Source of the DNA: an uncultured Clostridia bacterium
GTDB lineage: Bacteria > Bacillota > Clostridia > TANB77 > CAG-508
Reading direction: 5' to 3'
Length of the DNA: 64,000 nt
Assembly: GCA_947631915.1 (NCBI GenBank)
Contig: CANRNC010000010.1
Location: forward strand, 83 to 64,082
Shown here: positions 41,522 through 54,668 of the stretch, piece by piece
Layout: each line of letters starts with the position of its first letter
Position numbering within the stretch: position 1 is the stretch's first letter
The notes under the pieces: generated by a model
Database searches by the model: none
What the model was told of the DNA's origin: nothing
Seen by the model: only the letters and a program-made list of their open reading frames with translations
Made by a program: the position numbers and the translations under genes

Positions 41522-43267
41522 ATGAAAGTTAAAAATGATGTATACAAAACAGATCATTATGATAATTTGAGAGATATGATGAACAAAACTACTGAAAAAT
41601 TTTCAGATAAAACAGCATTTATTGTTAAAATAAAAAATGAAGATAAAGTTAGCTATAGAAATGTCACTTTTACAGAATTCAGAGAGGATGTAAATGCATT
41701 AGGTACAGCTTTAATATCTATGGGATTAAAAAAGTCTAGAGTAATTGTAATATCTCCTAATAGATATGAATGGTGTGTAACATATATGGCAGTTGTCAAT
41801 GGAGTTGGTATTATTGTACCATTAGATAGATCTTTGCCAGGAAATGAAATGCAAGGAATGCTTGAGAGAAGTCAAGCAGATGCAATTATATTTGATAAAA
41901 AATATAAAGATACAATTAGAGAATTAAAGAATAACTGTGAGACAATTAATATAAAACACTATATATGTATGGACGATGAAGAAGACGGAGAGTTTTTATC
42001 TTATTCTAAATTGTTAGAAAAAGGTAAGAAGTTGGTAAAAGAAAATTCAAAAGAAGCAGAGGAATATTTAAATGCAGAAATAGACCCTGACAAAATGAGT
42101 ATTTTATTATTCACTTCGGGTACTACATCTCTTTCAAAAGCAGTAATGCTCACACATAGAAATCTTTCAGAACAAATACCAGCTTTAAGAGCAGTATTAG
42201 ATTCATGGCCAGGTGATGTCTCTTTATCATTTTTACCTCTACATCATACTTTTGGTGCACTTGGAATATGGTATATATATGTATCAGGAGCAACTACCGC
42301 TTTTTGTGATGGACTAAAACATATACAAGAAAATATGAAAGAATATGGAGTTTCTGTTGTTGTTACAGTTCCTTTATTAGTTGAGAATATGTACAATAGA
42401 GTAATGAAGACGGTTGAAAAAGAAGGAAAGTTAGAATCTGTAAAAAAAGGTAAGAAAATTGCTAATTTATTAGGCAAATTACACATTGATGTTAGAAGAA
42501 AATTATTTAAAGATATTATTAACGCATTAGGTGGAAAGTTAAGAATTTTTGTAGTAGGTGCTGCACCATTAGATAAAGATGTAGCTAAAGGATTTAATGA
42601 ACTTGGAATTTTAGTTTGTCAAGGATATGGTTTAACAGAGACTTCTCCGGTTGTTGCTACTGAACCAGATAAATATGGAAGAAATGGATCAGTAGGATTT
42701 CCTTTAAGAAATTTAGAGGTAGAAATTAATGAACCAAATGAGGAAGGAATTGGAGAAATTAAGGTAAAAGGACCTAGTGTAATGTTAGGATATTATGGTA
42801 TGCCAGAAGAAACTGCAAATGTGTTGAAAGATGGATGGTTCTATACTGGAGATTTAGGATATTTTGATAAACAAGGATATTTATATATTACTGGTAGAAA
42901 AAAGGATGTAATAGTATTGAAAAATGGAAAAAATATTTATCCTGAAGAGCTAGAATTACTAATTAATAAATTGGAATATGTATCTGAATGTTTAGTATTT
43001 GGATATCCCAAAGAAGATGATTTAATAGTAACTGCAAAGATTGTATATAATAAAGAATATATTGAAGAAAATTATAAAGATCTATCTGAAGACGAATTGA
43101 AAAATATGATTTGGAATGATATTAAAAAAATAAATTCTACAGTTGCAGGATATCAGCATGTTAAGAAAATTATTATTACAGATCAACCGTTAGTAAAAAC
43201 TACCACAGCTAAAGTTAAAAGATTTGTAGAGATTGAAAAGACATTAAAAGAAAGTAAAAACATATAA
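41522..43267 (+). CDS. AMP-dependent long-chain fatty-acid--CoA ligase family protein
   Basis: AMP-binding motif LLFTSGTTSLSKAVMLTHRN, YGLTETS, GWFYTGDLG...GRKKD; 581 aa. Confidence 0.8.
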   Translation: MKVKNDVYKTDHYDNLRDMMNKTTEKFSDKTAFIVKIKNEDKVSYRNVTFTEFREDVNALGTALISMGLKKSRVIVISPNRYEWCVTYMAVVNGVGIIVPLDRSLPGNEMQGMLERSQADAIIFDKKYKDTIRELKNNCETINIKHYICMDDEEDGEFLSYSKLLEKGKKLVKENSKEAEEYLNAEIDPDKMSILLFTSGTTSLSKAVMLTHRNLSEQIPALRAVLDSWPGDVSLSFLPLHHTFGALGIWYIYVSGATTAFCDGLKHIQENMKEYGVSVVVTVPLLVENMYNRVMKTVEKEGKLESVKKGKKIANLLGKLHIDVRRKLFKDIINALGGKLRIFVVGAAPLDKDVAKGFNELGILVCQGYGLTETSPVVATEPDKYGRNGSVGFPLRNLEVEINEPNEEGIGEIKVKGPSVMLGYYGMPEETANVLKDGWFYTGDLGYFDKQGYLYITGRKKDVIVLKNGKNIYPEELELLINKLEYVSECLVFGYPKEDDLIVTAKIVYNKEYIEENYKDLSEDELKNMIWNDIKKINSTVAGYQHVKKIIITDQPLVKTTTAKVKRFVEIEKTLKESKNI

Positions 43268-43320
43268 TGAATCATACTATTTTCATTATATTTAGTCTTT
43301 AAGTGAATATTTTGTGAAAA

Positions 43321-43347
43321 TTAGCACTCTCGTATTGACAGTGCTAA
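43321..43347 (+). promoter_or_regulatory. CIRCE operator (TTAGCACTC-N9-CAGTGCTAA), with promoter TTGACA(43335-43340)-17-TATAAT(43358-43363) whose -35 lies inside the CIRCE spacer, 130 nt upstream of clpB
   Basis: 8/9 + 9/9 match to the CIRCE half-sites; also forms the hairpin that follows the fadD-like gene. Confidence 0.6.
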
Positions 43348-43478
43348 TTTTTGGATATATAATAATTCTATAACAATGAATAATTAATGATAAATGGTAA
43401 ATAATTATTAATTATTTGGCAGAATTTTTGTAATACAATAAAAATAATATAAATATCTTTTTAGGAGGTGTAATATAG

Positions 43479-46076
43479 ATGGATATACAGAAATTTACGC
43501 AAAAATCATTGGAAGCTATTCAACAAGCACAAGAATTAGCTATAGAAAATCAAAATGCACAAATTGAACAAGAACATATATTATTAGCTTTATTAGAACA
43601 AGATAATAGTTTAATTAAAGAATTACTTAAGAAAATGAAAATTGATGAGGTTAGCTTTGAGAATGAAGTTAAGGAAAAAATAGAAAAGAAGCCTAAAATC
43701 ACAGGAGGAGCAAGACCAAATGATGGCTTTTACGTATCGCAAGATGTTGACTTAGTCTTAACAAAAGCAGAGAAAATTGCAAAAGATATGAAAGATGAAT
43801 ATGTATCTGTAGAACATATTATGATCTCTTTATTTGATAATGCAAATAGAGAAGTAAAAGACTTATTAAAACAATACAATGTAAATAAAAATGAATTTTT
43901 AAAAGTATTAGCTACTGTTAGAGGTAATACAAGAGTTACATCAGATAATCCTGAATCAACTTATGATGTACTTAAAAAATATGGGCAAGATTTGGTAGAA
44001 CTTGCACGTAGTCAAAAATTAGACCCTGTAATTGGCAGAGATAATGAAATTAGAAATGTAATAAGGATATTGTCTAGAAAAACAAAGAACAATCCTTGCT
44101 TGATTGGAGAACCAGGAGTTGGAAAAACTGCTATAGCAGAGGGATTAGCTTTAAGAATTGTAAGAGGAGATGTACCAGAAGGATTAAAAGAATGTACAAT
44201 TTTTTCATTAGATATGGGAGCACTAGTTGCAGGTGCAAAATATAGAGGAGAATTTGAGGAAAGATTAAAAGCCGTTTTGCAAGAAATAAAAAAGAGTGAA
44301 GGAAAAATAATATTATTTATAGATGAAATTCATACAATTGTTGGAGCAGGAAAAACTGAAGGCGCTATGGATGCAGGTAACTTATTAAAACCAATGTTAG
44401 CTAGAGGAGAGTTGCATTGTATTGGGGCAACGACACTAAACGAATATAGACAATATATAGAAAAAGATCAAGCATTAGAAAGACGTTTTCAACCAGTTAT
44501 GGTAGATGAACCAACAGTAGAAGATACAATTTCAATTTTAAGAGGACTAAAAGAAAGATATGAGGTTTATCATGGTGTAAAAATCACAGATAGCTCATTG
44601 ATTGCTGCAGCAACATTATCACATAGATATATTTCAGATAGATTTCTACCAGATAAAGCAATAGATCTTGTAGATGAAGCATGTGCATTAATCAAGACAG
44701 AAATGGAATCAATGCCATCAGAATTAGATGAAGTGTCAAGAAAAATAATGCAGTTAGAAATTGAAGAAACAGCATTAAAAAAAGAAAAGGATGATATTTC
44801 TAAACAAAGATTAGATAATATCCAAAAAGAAATGGCAGAATTAAGAACTAAATTTAATGAAATGAAAGCCAAATGGGAGAATGAGAAAGAAGCAATAGTA
44901 AAAGTACAAAAATTAAGAGAAGAAATCGAAAAAGTAAATGCTGAAATTGAAAGGGCAGAAAGATCTTACGAATTAAATAAAGTAGCAGAATTAAGATACG
45001 GAAAATTACCTGAATTACAAAGACAACTAAAAATCGAAGAGGAAATATCAGAAAAAAGTAAAGAAGATGATACATTATTAAGAAATAAGGTAACAGAAGA
45101 TGAGATAGCAAAGATTATCTCTAGGTGGACAGGAATACCAGTTACAAAACTTATGGAGGGTGAAAGAGAAAAAATAATACATTTACCAGAGATACTTCAC
45201 AAAAGAGTAATAGGGCAAGATGAAGCAGTAGAAAAGGTTTCAGAGGCAATAATACGTTCTCGAGCAGGAATTAGTGATCCAAAACGTCCAATAGGTTCTT
45301 TTATGTTTTTAGGACCAACTGGAGTGGGTAAAACAGAACTTGCAAAATCTTTAGCTGAAGCGTTATTTGATGACGAACACAACATAATTAGAATAGACAT
45401 GTCTGAATACATGGAAAAATATTCAGTATCTAGATTAATTGGTGCACCTCCAGGATATGTTGGATATGAAGAAGGAGGACAATTAACAGAAGCTGTTAGA
45501 AGAAAACCATATTCAGTTGTATTATTTGATGAAATAGAAAAAGCACACCCAGATGTATTTAATGTTTTATTGCAAGTATTAGATGATGGACGTGTCACAG
45601 ATTCTCAAGGAAGAACAGTTGACTTTAAAAATACTATAATTATAATGACTTCTAATTTAGGATCAGACTATATATTAGAAGGAATACAAGAAAATGGAGA
45701 AATTTCAAAAGAAGCCAAGGAGCAAGTAGATAAACTACTTAAGACAAGTTTTAGACCGGAGTTTTTAAATCGTCTTGATGAGATAGTATTTTATAAGCCT
45801 TTAATGAAAAATGAAATATCAAAAATCTTGGACTTATTAATTGAAGATTTGGAAAGAAGATTGGAAGATAAAAATATAAAATTAGAGTTAACACAAAGTG
45901 CAAAAGATTATCTTATAGATAATGGTTATGATGAGGTATATGGAGCAAGGCCATTAAAGAGATTTGTCCAGAAAAAATTAGAAACATTAATTGCAAAGAA
46001 GATAATAATGCAAGAAATATTACCAAAAACTACTGTAAAAATAGATTACAAAAATGAAAATTTATCTATTATATAA
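43479..46076 (+). CDS. clpB: ATP-dependent chaperone ClpB
   Basis: 865 aa, Clp N domain, two AAA+ modules (GEPGVGKT; GPTGVGKT), long M-domain coiled coil; terminator 46076-46117. Confidence 0.95.
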   Translation: MDIQKFTQKSLEAIQQAQELAIENQNAQIEQEHILLALLEQDNSLIKELLKKMKIDEVSFENEVKEKIEKKPKITGGARPNDGFYVSQDVDLVLTKAEKIAKDMKDEYVSVEHIMISLFDNANREVKDLLKQYNVNKNEFLKVLATVRGNTRVTSDNPESTYDVLKKYGQDLVELARSQKLDPVIGRDNEIRNVIRILSRKTKNNPCLIGEPGVGKTAIAEGLALRIVRGDVPEGLKECTIFSLDMGALVAGAKYRGEFEERLKAVLQEIKKSEGKIILFIDEIHTIVGAGKTEGAMDAGNLLKPMLARGELHCIGATTLNEYRQYIEKDQALERRFQPVMVDEPTVEDTISILRGLKERYEVYHGVKITDSSLIAAATLSHRYISDRFLPDKAIDLVDEACALIKTEMESMPSELDEVSRKIMQLEIEETALKKEKDDISKQRLDNIQKEMAELRTKFNEMKAKWENEKEAIVKVQKLREEIEKVNAEIERAERSYELNKVAELRYGKLPELQRQLKIEEEISEKSKEDDTLLRNKVTEDEIAKIISRWTGIPVTKLMEGEREKIIHLPEILHKRVIGQDEAVEKVSEAIIRSRAGISDPKRPIGSFMFLGPTGVGKTELAKSLAEALFDDEHNIIRIDMSEYMEKYSVSRLIGAPPGYVGYEEGGQLTEAVRRKPYSVVLFDEIEKAHPDVFNVLLQVLDDGRVTDSQGRTVDFKNTIIIMTSNLGSDYILEGIQENGEISKEAKEQVDKLLKTSFRPEFLNRLDEIVFYKPLMKNEISKILDLLIEDLERRLEDKNIKLELTQSAKDYLIDNGYDEVYGARPLKRFVQKKLETLIAKKIIMQEILPKTTVKIDYKNENLSII

Positions 46077-46242
46077 AACACAAACAGGAAGCTTTATCAA
46101 GCTTCCTGTTTGTGTTTATTCTAGAATACCACTTAACACATCAAATTATGTAAATTGCAATGGATAAAGATATTATTTGTAGTGTATGAATAAAAAAAAG
46201 CAAAGTGCAAAAGATAATAAAAAGTATTTTAGAGGAGAAAAT

Positions 46243-46485
46243 ATGAAAATATCTTGGGTTAGATATAAAGAGGATGATAGTTTTAAATTATTTAAAAATT
46301 TAGGAATGGATGTATATGATATTGAAAATTTAGATACAGTAGATGATAAATTAAAAGAGTTGGTGGATAAAAATTATCAGACGATTATTTTATCAAACGA
46401 AGTCGCATCATTTTCTGAAGACATAATAACAAAATATAAGAAATCAGATGATATTAGAATAATAATAGCACCAAATAAAAAATAG
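46243..46485 (+). CDS. hypothetical small protein (80 aa from MKISWVRYK)
   Basis: ORF with RBS gaggag; no family recognised (vaguely V-ATPase F-subunit-like architecture). Confidence 0.3.
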   Translation: MKISWVRYKEDDSFKLFKNLGMDVYDIENLDTVDDKLKELVDKNYQTIILSNEVASFSEDIITKYKKSDDIRIIIAPNKK

Positions 46486-46594
46486 ACATTGTATAAAAAT
46501 TATATTTTGGTCTTTACAAAGAATGTGAACTTTCATTTAAGTATATCTTTAACGAAAGTGGTAATAATTATTATGAGAATATTGTTTTGAGAGG

Positions 46595-46930
46595 TTGATG
46601 TGTATGAATAATTTGGATATGAAAAATATTATAGTTCTAAAAGATTTACCATCAAACATTATAGACGAAGCTATAGTTATTTTAAAGGACAATAAGATTA
46701 AGAAAAAAGAAAAATCAGAAAATACAAACGAATATATAAACACAAGTATTATTAATGAAGCACAAAACATAATTACTGAATATATAGAAAAATTAGAACA
46801 ACCAAAAAGAGAAAAACAGAATCAAAGAAAACTGCTATTAAAGTACAGAAAATTACAAGTTGTTAGTGTGGCATTGACAGGTGTAATGATAGTTAGTATA
46901 TTAATTAATCTCATAAAAAATGTAATATAA
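46595..46930 (+). CDS. hypothetical protein with C-terminal TM anchor
   Basis: 111-aa ORF, C-terminal hydrophobic helix. Confidence 0.3.
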   Translation: MMCMNNLDMKNIIVLKDLPSNIIDEAIVILKDNKIKKKEKSENTNEYINTSIINEAQNIITEYIEKLEQPKREKQNQRKLLLKYRKLQVVSVALTGVMIVSILINLIKNVI

Positions 46931-47064
46931 AAAATATTAAATTCAATAAATATTTGAGCTACAAACATAATATAATAAAAAACATTCTATAAGTTTTTAG
47001 AATATAATTCCTTTCGATAACATATTATGAAGTAAAGAAAAACAAAAGTAGAAAGGAAATACAT

Positions 47065-47971
47065 ATGGAGAGAGTTTTAACACCAGAAGAAAGAATTCGA
47101 AGAGCAGAAGAAATTTATTTAAGAAGGAGAAATGTAAGACCTCAATATAGAGAGACAAAAGAAGTTGTGAGTCACAAAGCAATTTCAAAACCCAAAAGTA
47201 TAAAACTTTTTAAAAGAATGGCATTACAAATAACAATATGTTTGTTATTATATTGTATTTTTTATCTGATATATGACACTAATTATTCTTTCTCTGATAC
47301 AACAATAAGTACAACTCAAGAGATTTTAGAGTATGATATTAACTTTAGTGAAATATATAAAAATTTTAGTGAAAATATAATGAGTTTTATTAATAAGGAA
47401 AAAAGTCCTAAAGAAGAAAACATACAACAAAATAGCATGAATGAAGAGGGTAGAAGTGAAGAACAACAAAAAAACGAAGATAATAGTGAAAATAATGAAA
47501 TAATTGAAGAACAAAGTGTGCAAGAAGAAATAATTCAACAAGTGGAACAAACGTCAGCAGTAGAACCAGACTTGAGACAATTATATCCTTTAGTTCGTCC
47601 AGTAGTTGGAGGATACGTTTCCTCGGAATTTGGAGAGAGAGAAGCTACTGCTGAAATAATGTCAACTGATCATAAAGGCATCGATATTGCAATAGCAGAA
47701 CGGTACTGATATTGTGTCTGCAATGGATGGCAAAGTAATTACAGCTACTAAATCTGACACTTATGGAAATTATATAATAATAGAAAAGGGAGAATTAAGA
47801 ACAGTATATGCCCATTGCAGTAAATTATTGGTAAAAGAGGGAAAAGACGTTAAGCAAGGAGAAGTCATTGCTAAAGTGGGTCACACAGGAAATGCTACAG
47901 GTTCACATTTACATTTTGAAGTAAGAATAAATAATAATCAAATAAATCCAAGGTCAATACTTGATTTTTAG
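47065..47971 (+). pseudogene. spoIVFA: SpoIVFA-like protein with C-terminal M23/LytM domain, interrupted by a +1 frameshift inside the M23 domain (~47700)
   Basis: ORF1 ends ...STDHKGIDIAIAERY*; ORF2 continues in the next frame NGTDIVSAMDGKV...GNYIIIEKG...VGHTGNATGSHLHFEV; the M50 protease gene lies directly downstream, as in the spoIVF operon. Confidence 0.6.
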
Positions 47972-47988
47972 AGAAAACGAGGTATATT

Positions 47989-48627
47989 ATGCATATTAAA
48001 TTTGACTCAAAAGTAATAATATTCGTTTTATTTTTTTTGGTATTAGGTTTTGAAAAGATATATCTGTTATTTTTAATTTTTGCTATAGTACATGAGTTAT
48101 CACATATGATAATAGGTATAATTTTAGGATTTCATCCGTCAAGAATATGCATTATGCCATTTGGTGCATATATGAGTTTTAAAATCGATATAAAAAGTTA
48201 CAATACTAAAATTAGGAATGGTAGTATTTGTTCTTTAAAGAAAATGTTTGTAGCATTAGCAGGACCAATTTCTAACATTATATTAGCTATTATTTTTTTT
48301 ATCAAAAAGGATTATATAATTATTTCATATATAAATATTCTATTGGGAATTTTTAATTTGTTACCCATATACCCATTAGATGGAGGTAGAATAATTAAAC
48401 AAATTTTAATAATATTACTGGGAAGACGTAAAGCATTAAAATACACTAATGATATTTCTAATATAATATTATGTATAATGATAGCTATTAGTCTAGTTTT
48501 TTGCTTTACAACTAAAAGTTTGATTATTTTTATTACAGTAATGTATTTAATATATATAAGAAAAAGGGAACATGAATTATATAAATTAAAGGAAAGAGTA
48601 TATGTAATATTAGAAAAAAATATCTAG
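47989..48627 (+). CDS. spoIVFB: M50 site-2 protease (SpoIVFB-like, short form)
   Basis: HELSHM (HExxH) and LLPIYPLDGGRI motifs, six TM segments; 212 aa. Confidence 0.7.
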   Translation: MHIKFDSKVIIFVLFFLVLGFEKIYLLFLIFAIVHELSHMIIGIILGFHPSRICIMPFGAYMSFKIDIKSYNTKIRNGSICSLKKMFVALAGPISNIILAIIFFIKKDYIIISYINILLGIFNLLPIYPLDGGRIIKQILIILLGRRKALKYTNDISNIILCIMIAISLVFCFTTKSLIIFITVMYLIYIRKREHELYKLKERVYVILEKNI

Positions 48628-48655
48628 GTATAGTTAGTTATACCTAGATTAGTTA

Positions 48656-48895
48656 TTACAAGTTTATTTTTGGTATAGAATTTGAATTTAAATATCTATT
48701 GATATTTTTTAACGTTATTCCAGTATTTTGTGATAAATTAGCTATTGTAAAATCTGTAATATTGTTATTATTAATGTAATTTGTTAATTTAGAAATATCA
48801 CATTTATCTTTTGGAAGACATTTTGGACATACTTCATTATCTGATAAAAAGAAAGAACCACAACGTGCACATTTTTTAAATTCCATAAAAACCAC
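48656..48895 (-). CDS. small zinc-ribbon protein (TIGR03826/YvyF-like)
   Basis: MEFKKCARCGSFF...CPKC N-terminal CxxC-x13-CxxC, 79 aa. Confidence 0.4.
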   Translation of the reverse strand: MVFMEFKKCARCGSFFLSDNEVCPKCLPKDKCDISKLTNYINNNNITDFTIANLSQNTGITLKNINRYLNSNSIPKINL

Positions 48896-49129
48896 CCCAT
48901 ATATTATAATTTTATTGTAGATTCTATATATTAACTCTAATAAAAAGAATTAAAAATATGTATTTTCCTATTTTAGACATTTTATCACATAATAATAAAA
49001 AAAGGAATAAGTTTTTTAAAATATATTGACAAATTTTTAAAAGATAATATAATACAAATTGAGGTAATGTATGAAACGCACGCAGTTAAAGATTATTCTA
49101 TATATAAATTAAAGAAAGGAAAATACTTT

Positions 49130-49528
49130 ATGAGTAAACCAACTAGTACTATCTTAAATATGTTGAGAACTAGAAAAGATTGCCCTACAGCTGAAAAAGT
49201 ATATATGGACATCAAAAATGATATGCCAGATGTATCTTTAAGGAGAGTCCAAGTTATTTTAGAACATTTATGTGAGCAAGGACTTATAATTAAAATCAAA
49301 TCAAGAACTGGTGGTCCAGAGAGATATGATGCTAGTGGACTACCTAAAATTACTTTTGAGTGTTCAAAATGTGGTATGATTGAAGATATATATTTATATG
49401 ATATACAATTAAGAAGGTTATATGGTGAAATGAAAAAATTAGGGGAGGAAATTGAAGCAAATGCAGATCATTCTGATATAAATTTAACTGGGCTATGTAA
49501 AAAATGCAGAAAAATTTATAATATATAA
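49130..49528 (+). CDS. Fur-family transcriptional regulator
   Basis: Winged helix N-terminus (TAEKVY..........LRRVQ.ILE.L...GLI) and C-terminal CxxC...CxxC metal site. Confidence 0.75.
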   Translation: MSKPTSTILNMLRTRKDCPTAEKVYMDIKNDMPDVSLRRVQVILEHLCEQGLIIKIKSRTGGPERYDASGLPKITFECSKCGMIEDIYLYDIQLRRLYGEMKKLGEEIEANADHSDINLTGLCKKCRKIYNI

Positions 49529-49577
49529 AAAAAATTAGCACAAGGTATTGACAAGTGCTAATTTTTATTATATTATA

Positions 49578-49604
49578 TTAGCAGTCGAATTAAAGGAGTG
49601 CTAA
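49578..49604 (+). promoter_or_regulatory. CIRCE operator TTAGCAGTC-N9-GAGTGCTAA, preceded by promoter TTGACA (49548-49553)-17-TATTAT
   Basis: Read directly, immediately upstream of hrcA. Confidence 0.8.
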
Positions 49605-49629
49605 AACACATAATGAAGGGAGAAATATA

Positions 49630-50655
49630 ATGGACGAACGCAAAAAAAAGATCTTGCGTGCAATAGTAGATGAATATATAGAAACTGCAGAGCCAGTTAG
49701 TTCTAATACTATAGTGCAGAAATATGAACCTAATATTAGTAGCGCAACTGTTAGAAATGATATGGCTGAACTTGAAAAAATAGGCTATATAGAAAAAACA
49801 CATACTTCATCAGGTAGAGTTCCATCGGCTAAAGGATATAGATTGTATGTGGATGAATTGTTAAAATATGATGATATAAGTTTAGAGGAAATTAAATATA
49901 TAGGTGATAAACTTGAAACAAAAGTTAATCAACTAGAAGAACTAACAAGGATTACAACAAGCACAATTTCGGAAATTACACACTATACAACAGTTAGCGT
50001 TGGACCAGAATCTTCTAAACAAAATATTGAAGAAATAAAATTTGTAATGCTAGGCGCTAGAATGTTAATGGCTATAATTGTTACAGAACTAGGAATAATA
50101 AAAGAAACTATCATTAAATTCGATGAAGATATTACACAAGAGCAGGTAGACGCATTAACAAATTTATTTAATAGCAAATTGAAGGGAAAATCCCTTGATA
50201 TGATTGATAAACCTTTAGAAGAGTATATATTTAATGAATTACATTATAGCATAAATATAATTAAGACTATTATAGAAGAAATTAAAAAGATGATTAAAGA
50301 TGATGAAAGATTATATTTAGAAGGAAGAAATAAAAATTTTGATTTACCTGAATTTAAGAGTTTAGATGTTGCTAGAAATTTTATTAATATATTAGATGAG
50401 AATGATACAATGTTAGATATATTGAAAAGTGGAGTAGCAGATGATATTCAAATTTTTATAGGTGATGAGAATAAAAATGAAGAGTTAAAAGATTTTAGTG
50501 TAATAACTTTTAAACATTCAGTAGGAAATAAAGATTTAGGCACAATAGGCATTATAGGACCAAAAAGAATGAATTATTCAAAAGTAATTTCTGTGATGAA
50601 GTATATAAATAGGATACTAAATAATAATAATGATACAAATGGAAAGGAAGGATAA
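49630..50655 (+). CDS. hrcA: heat-inducible transcription repressor HrcA
   Basis: MDERKKKILRAIVDEYIETAEPVSSNTIVQKY... 341 aa. Confidence 0.92.
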   Translation: MDERKKKILRAIVDEYIETAEPVSSNTIVQKYEPNISSATVRNDMAELEKIGYIEKTHTSSGRVPSAKGYRLYVDELLKYDDISLEEIKYIGDKLETKVNQLEELTRITTSTISEITHYTTVSVGPESSKQNIEEIKFVMLGARMLMAIIVTELGIIKETIIKFDEDITQEQVDALTNLFNSKLKGKSLDMIDKPLEEYIFNELHYSINIIKTIIEEIKKMIKDDERLYLEGRNKNFDLPEFKSLDVARNFINILDENDTMLDILKSGVADDIQIFIGDENKNEELKDFSVITFKHSVGNKDLGTIGIIGPKRMNYSKVISVMKYINRILNNNNDTNGKEG

Positions 50656-50656
50656 G

Positions 50657-51178
50657 ATGAAGGAAGAAAGCATAGAAGAACAAGATAAACAAAATTTAGA
50701 AGAAGATATTGCTCAAGAAGTAGAAGTTATAGAGTCTAATGTTGATGTTGAAAAATTAAAAGAAGAATTAGATAATACAACAGATAGACTAAAACGTTTA
50801 ATGGCAGAATTTGATAATTATAAAAAAAGGGCTTCAAAAGAAAGAGGACAATTATATAACTCATTAGTTGCAGATATTATGATAGCGTTTTTGCCTGTAA
50901 TGGATAATTTAGAAAAAGCGATAAATACTAATACTGAAGATGAAGGGTATAAGCAAGGAATGGAATTAGTAGCAAAACAATTTAAAGATGTATTAAAATC
51001 ATTTGGATTGGAAGAAATAAAAACAGAAGGAGAGTTATTTAATCCTAGTTTACATGAAGCTGTGAGTAGTATCCAAGACGACACGAAAAAAAGCCAAGAG
51101 ATTGTTGAAGAATATAGAAAAGGCTACAAAATAGGAGATAAAGTCATTCGTCATGCAATGGTGGTAGTCAATCAATAA
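50657..51178 (+). CDS. grpE: nucleotide exchange factor GrpE
   Basis: Coiled-coil N-terminus, FDNYKKR motif, C-terminal beta domain; start may be 50630. Confidence 0.9.
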   Translation: MKEESIEEQDKQNLEEDIAQEVEVIESNVDVEKLKEELDNTTDRLKRLMAEFDNYKKRASKERGQLYNSLVADIMIAFLPVMDNLEKAINTNTEDEGYKQGMELVAKQFKDVLKSFGLEEIKTEGELFNPSLHEAVSSIQDDTKKSQEIVEEYRKGYKIGDKVIRHAMVVVNQ

Positions 51179-51241
51179 GTTATTAATTTTATAATATAAA
51201 TTTTACAAAAGAATAATTTTTAAGGATAAAATAATTTTTAG

Positions 51242-53101
<1,860 letters not shown>

Positions 53102-53176
53102 GGATGTGCAGGGGTACGTGTAATAAAATCGTGCCCCGTACATTAATATATATGAATGTGAGTGAGAGGAGAAACA

Positions 53177-54328
53177 ATGGCAGAGCAAAAAAGAGATTAT
53201 TATGAAGTTTTGGGAGTATCTAAAACTGCAACTGCGGAAGAATTAAAAAAAGCATATAGGCAACTAGCAAAGAAATATCATCCAGATGCAAACCCTAATA
53301 ATAAAAAAGAAGCAGAGGCAAAATTCAAAGAAGTAAATGAAGCGTATGAGACTTTATCAGATCCACAAAAAAGACAGATGTATGACCAATTTGGATTTAA
53401 TGGACCACAAGGAGGATTTGGAGGAGCAAATGGGTATTACTCATATTCTAGTAGTGGTTTTGAAGGGTTTGATATTGATTTAGATGATATTGTTTCTTCA
53501 ATTTTTGGAGGAGGATTTGGTGGTAGAAGTAGATCTTCTGCTAGATCTAGTGGTCCAACAAAAGGTGCAGATTTAAGATATAATTTGCAGATAACTTTTG
53601 AAGAAGCATTTAAAGGTGTAAAAAAGCAAATAACAATAAATAGAGAAGAAGAATGTCCTATATGTAAAGGAACAGGTGCAAAAGTAGGAAGTAAGATAGA
53701 TACATGTTCGGCATGTAAGGGAACAGGAACGATAAAATCAGTTAGAAATACTATTTTTGGTCAGACACAAACAACTAGAACTTGTGATATTTGTGGAGGA
53801 ACTGGAAAAATAATTAGAGAACCATGTACTGAATGTAAAGGAAAGGGAAGAATTAGAAAGCCTACCAAGATAACAGTAAATATACCTGCAGGTATAGATG
53901 ATGGGCAAACAGTAGTATTAAGAGGTGAAGGTGCTCCAGGTAGTAAGGGTGGACCAAAGGGAGATTTATACATAGTTATTTCTCTAAAACGTAGTAATAT
54001 TTTTACAAGACAGGATGAAAATGTATTTTGTAATATACCAATTACAATAACTCAAGCAACTTTAGGAGCAGAATTACAAATACCTATGGTAGATGGAAGT
54101 AAAGAAAAGTTTAAAATCCCTGAAGGAACACAAACAGGAACGCAGTTTACTATTAGAGGAAAAGGATTCAAGAATATCAATCGAGGATATTATGGAGATT
54201 TAATATTTACAGTGTTAGTTCAAACTCCAAAAAAATTAACAAAAGAGCAAAGAGCCTTACTTGAAGAATTGGCTAAAACAATGAACGAACAACCACCTGT
54301 AAAGAAGAAAGGAATATTTGAGAGATAA
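53177..54328 (+). CDS. dnaJ: molecular chaperone DnaJ
   Basis: J domain with HPD (YHPDANP), G/F region, four CxxCxGxG zinc repeats; terminator 54334-54368. Confidence 0.95.
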   Translation: MAEQKRDYYEVLGVSKTATAEELKKAYRQLAKKYHPDANPNNKKEAEAKFKEVNEAYETLSDPQKRQMYDQFGFNGPQGGFGGANGYYSYSSSGFEGFDIDLDDIVSSIFGGGFGGRSRSSARSSGPTKGADLRYNLQITFEEAFKGVKKQITINREEECPICKGTGAKVGSKIDTCSACKGTGTIKSVRNTIFGQTQTTRTCDICGGTGKIIREPCTECKGKGRIRKPTKITVNIPAGIDDGQTVVLRGEGAPGSKGGPKGDLYIVISLKRSNIFTRQDENVFCNIPITITQATLGAELQIPMVDGSKEKFKIPEGTQTGTQFTIRGKGFKNINRGYYGDLIFTVLVQTPKKLTKEQRALLEELAKTMNEQPPVKKKGIFER

Positions 54329-54371
54329 AAAACAAAACAGCACATTAACATGTGCTGTTTTGTTTTCGAGC

Positions 54372-54668
54372 TTACGTTCTTGCAAGATATTCCCTGCGAA
54401 AACGCCTGTCTTCACAAGTTTCGCAATCCGGAAAGTCTTTATTAAATGATTTGACTTCGCCAACAGAAGAAATCATATTGATAGAAATTCGCTGTTCATC
54501 TAATCTAATATGAGAGTTTCTACCGTCGGCAAAAAGAAATGAAGATACCTTAACAACAACGACATTTCCTTGCACAGAAGATATTGTGCCGATAAATTTG
54601 TCTCCTGAACGGAGAAGAATGAGTGTTTCGCAGTTTTTGTTTTTTAGTTCTTGCAATATTTTTTGCAT
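54372..54668 (-). CDS. hypothetical small protein (98 aa) with C-terminal Cys/Arg-rich tail
   Basis: Convergent with dnaJ, shares its bidirectional terminator. Confidence 0.35.
   Translation of the reverse strand: MQKILQELKNKNCETLILLRSGDKFIGTISSVQGNVVVVKVSSFLFADGRNSHIRLDEQRISINMISSVGEVKSFNKDFPDCETCEDRRFRREYLART

Noticed and set aside
43317-43352. Treating the fadD-like gene 3' hairpin as a plain terminator
   Set aside because: The stem sequence is a near-perfect CIRCE with a promoter embedded, so it is reported as a regulatory site, though it may also terminate the upstream gene.
50630-50656. Alternative upstream start for grpE overlapping hrcA
   Set aside because: ATG 50657 has a better RBS (ggaaaggaagg). 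The longer form cannot be excluded but is not needed.
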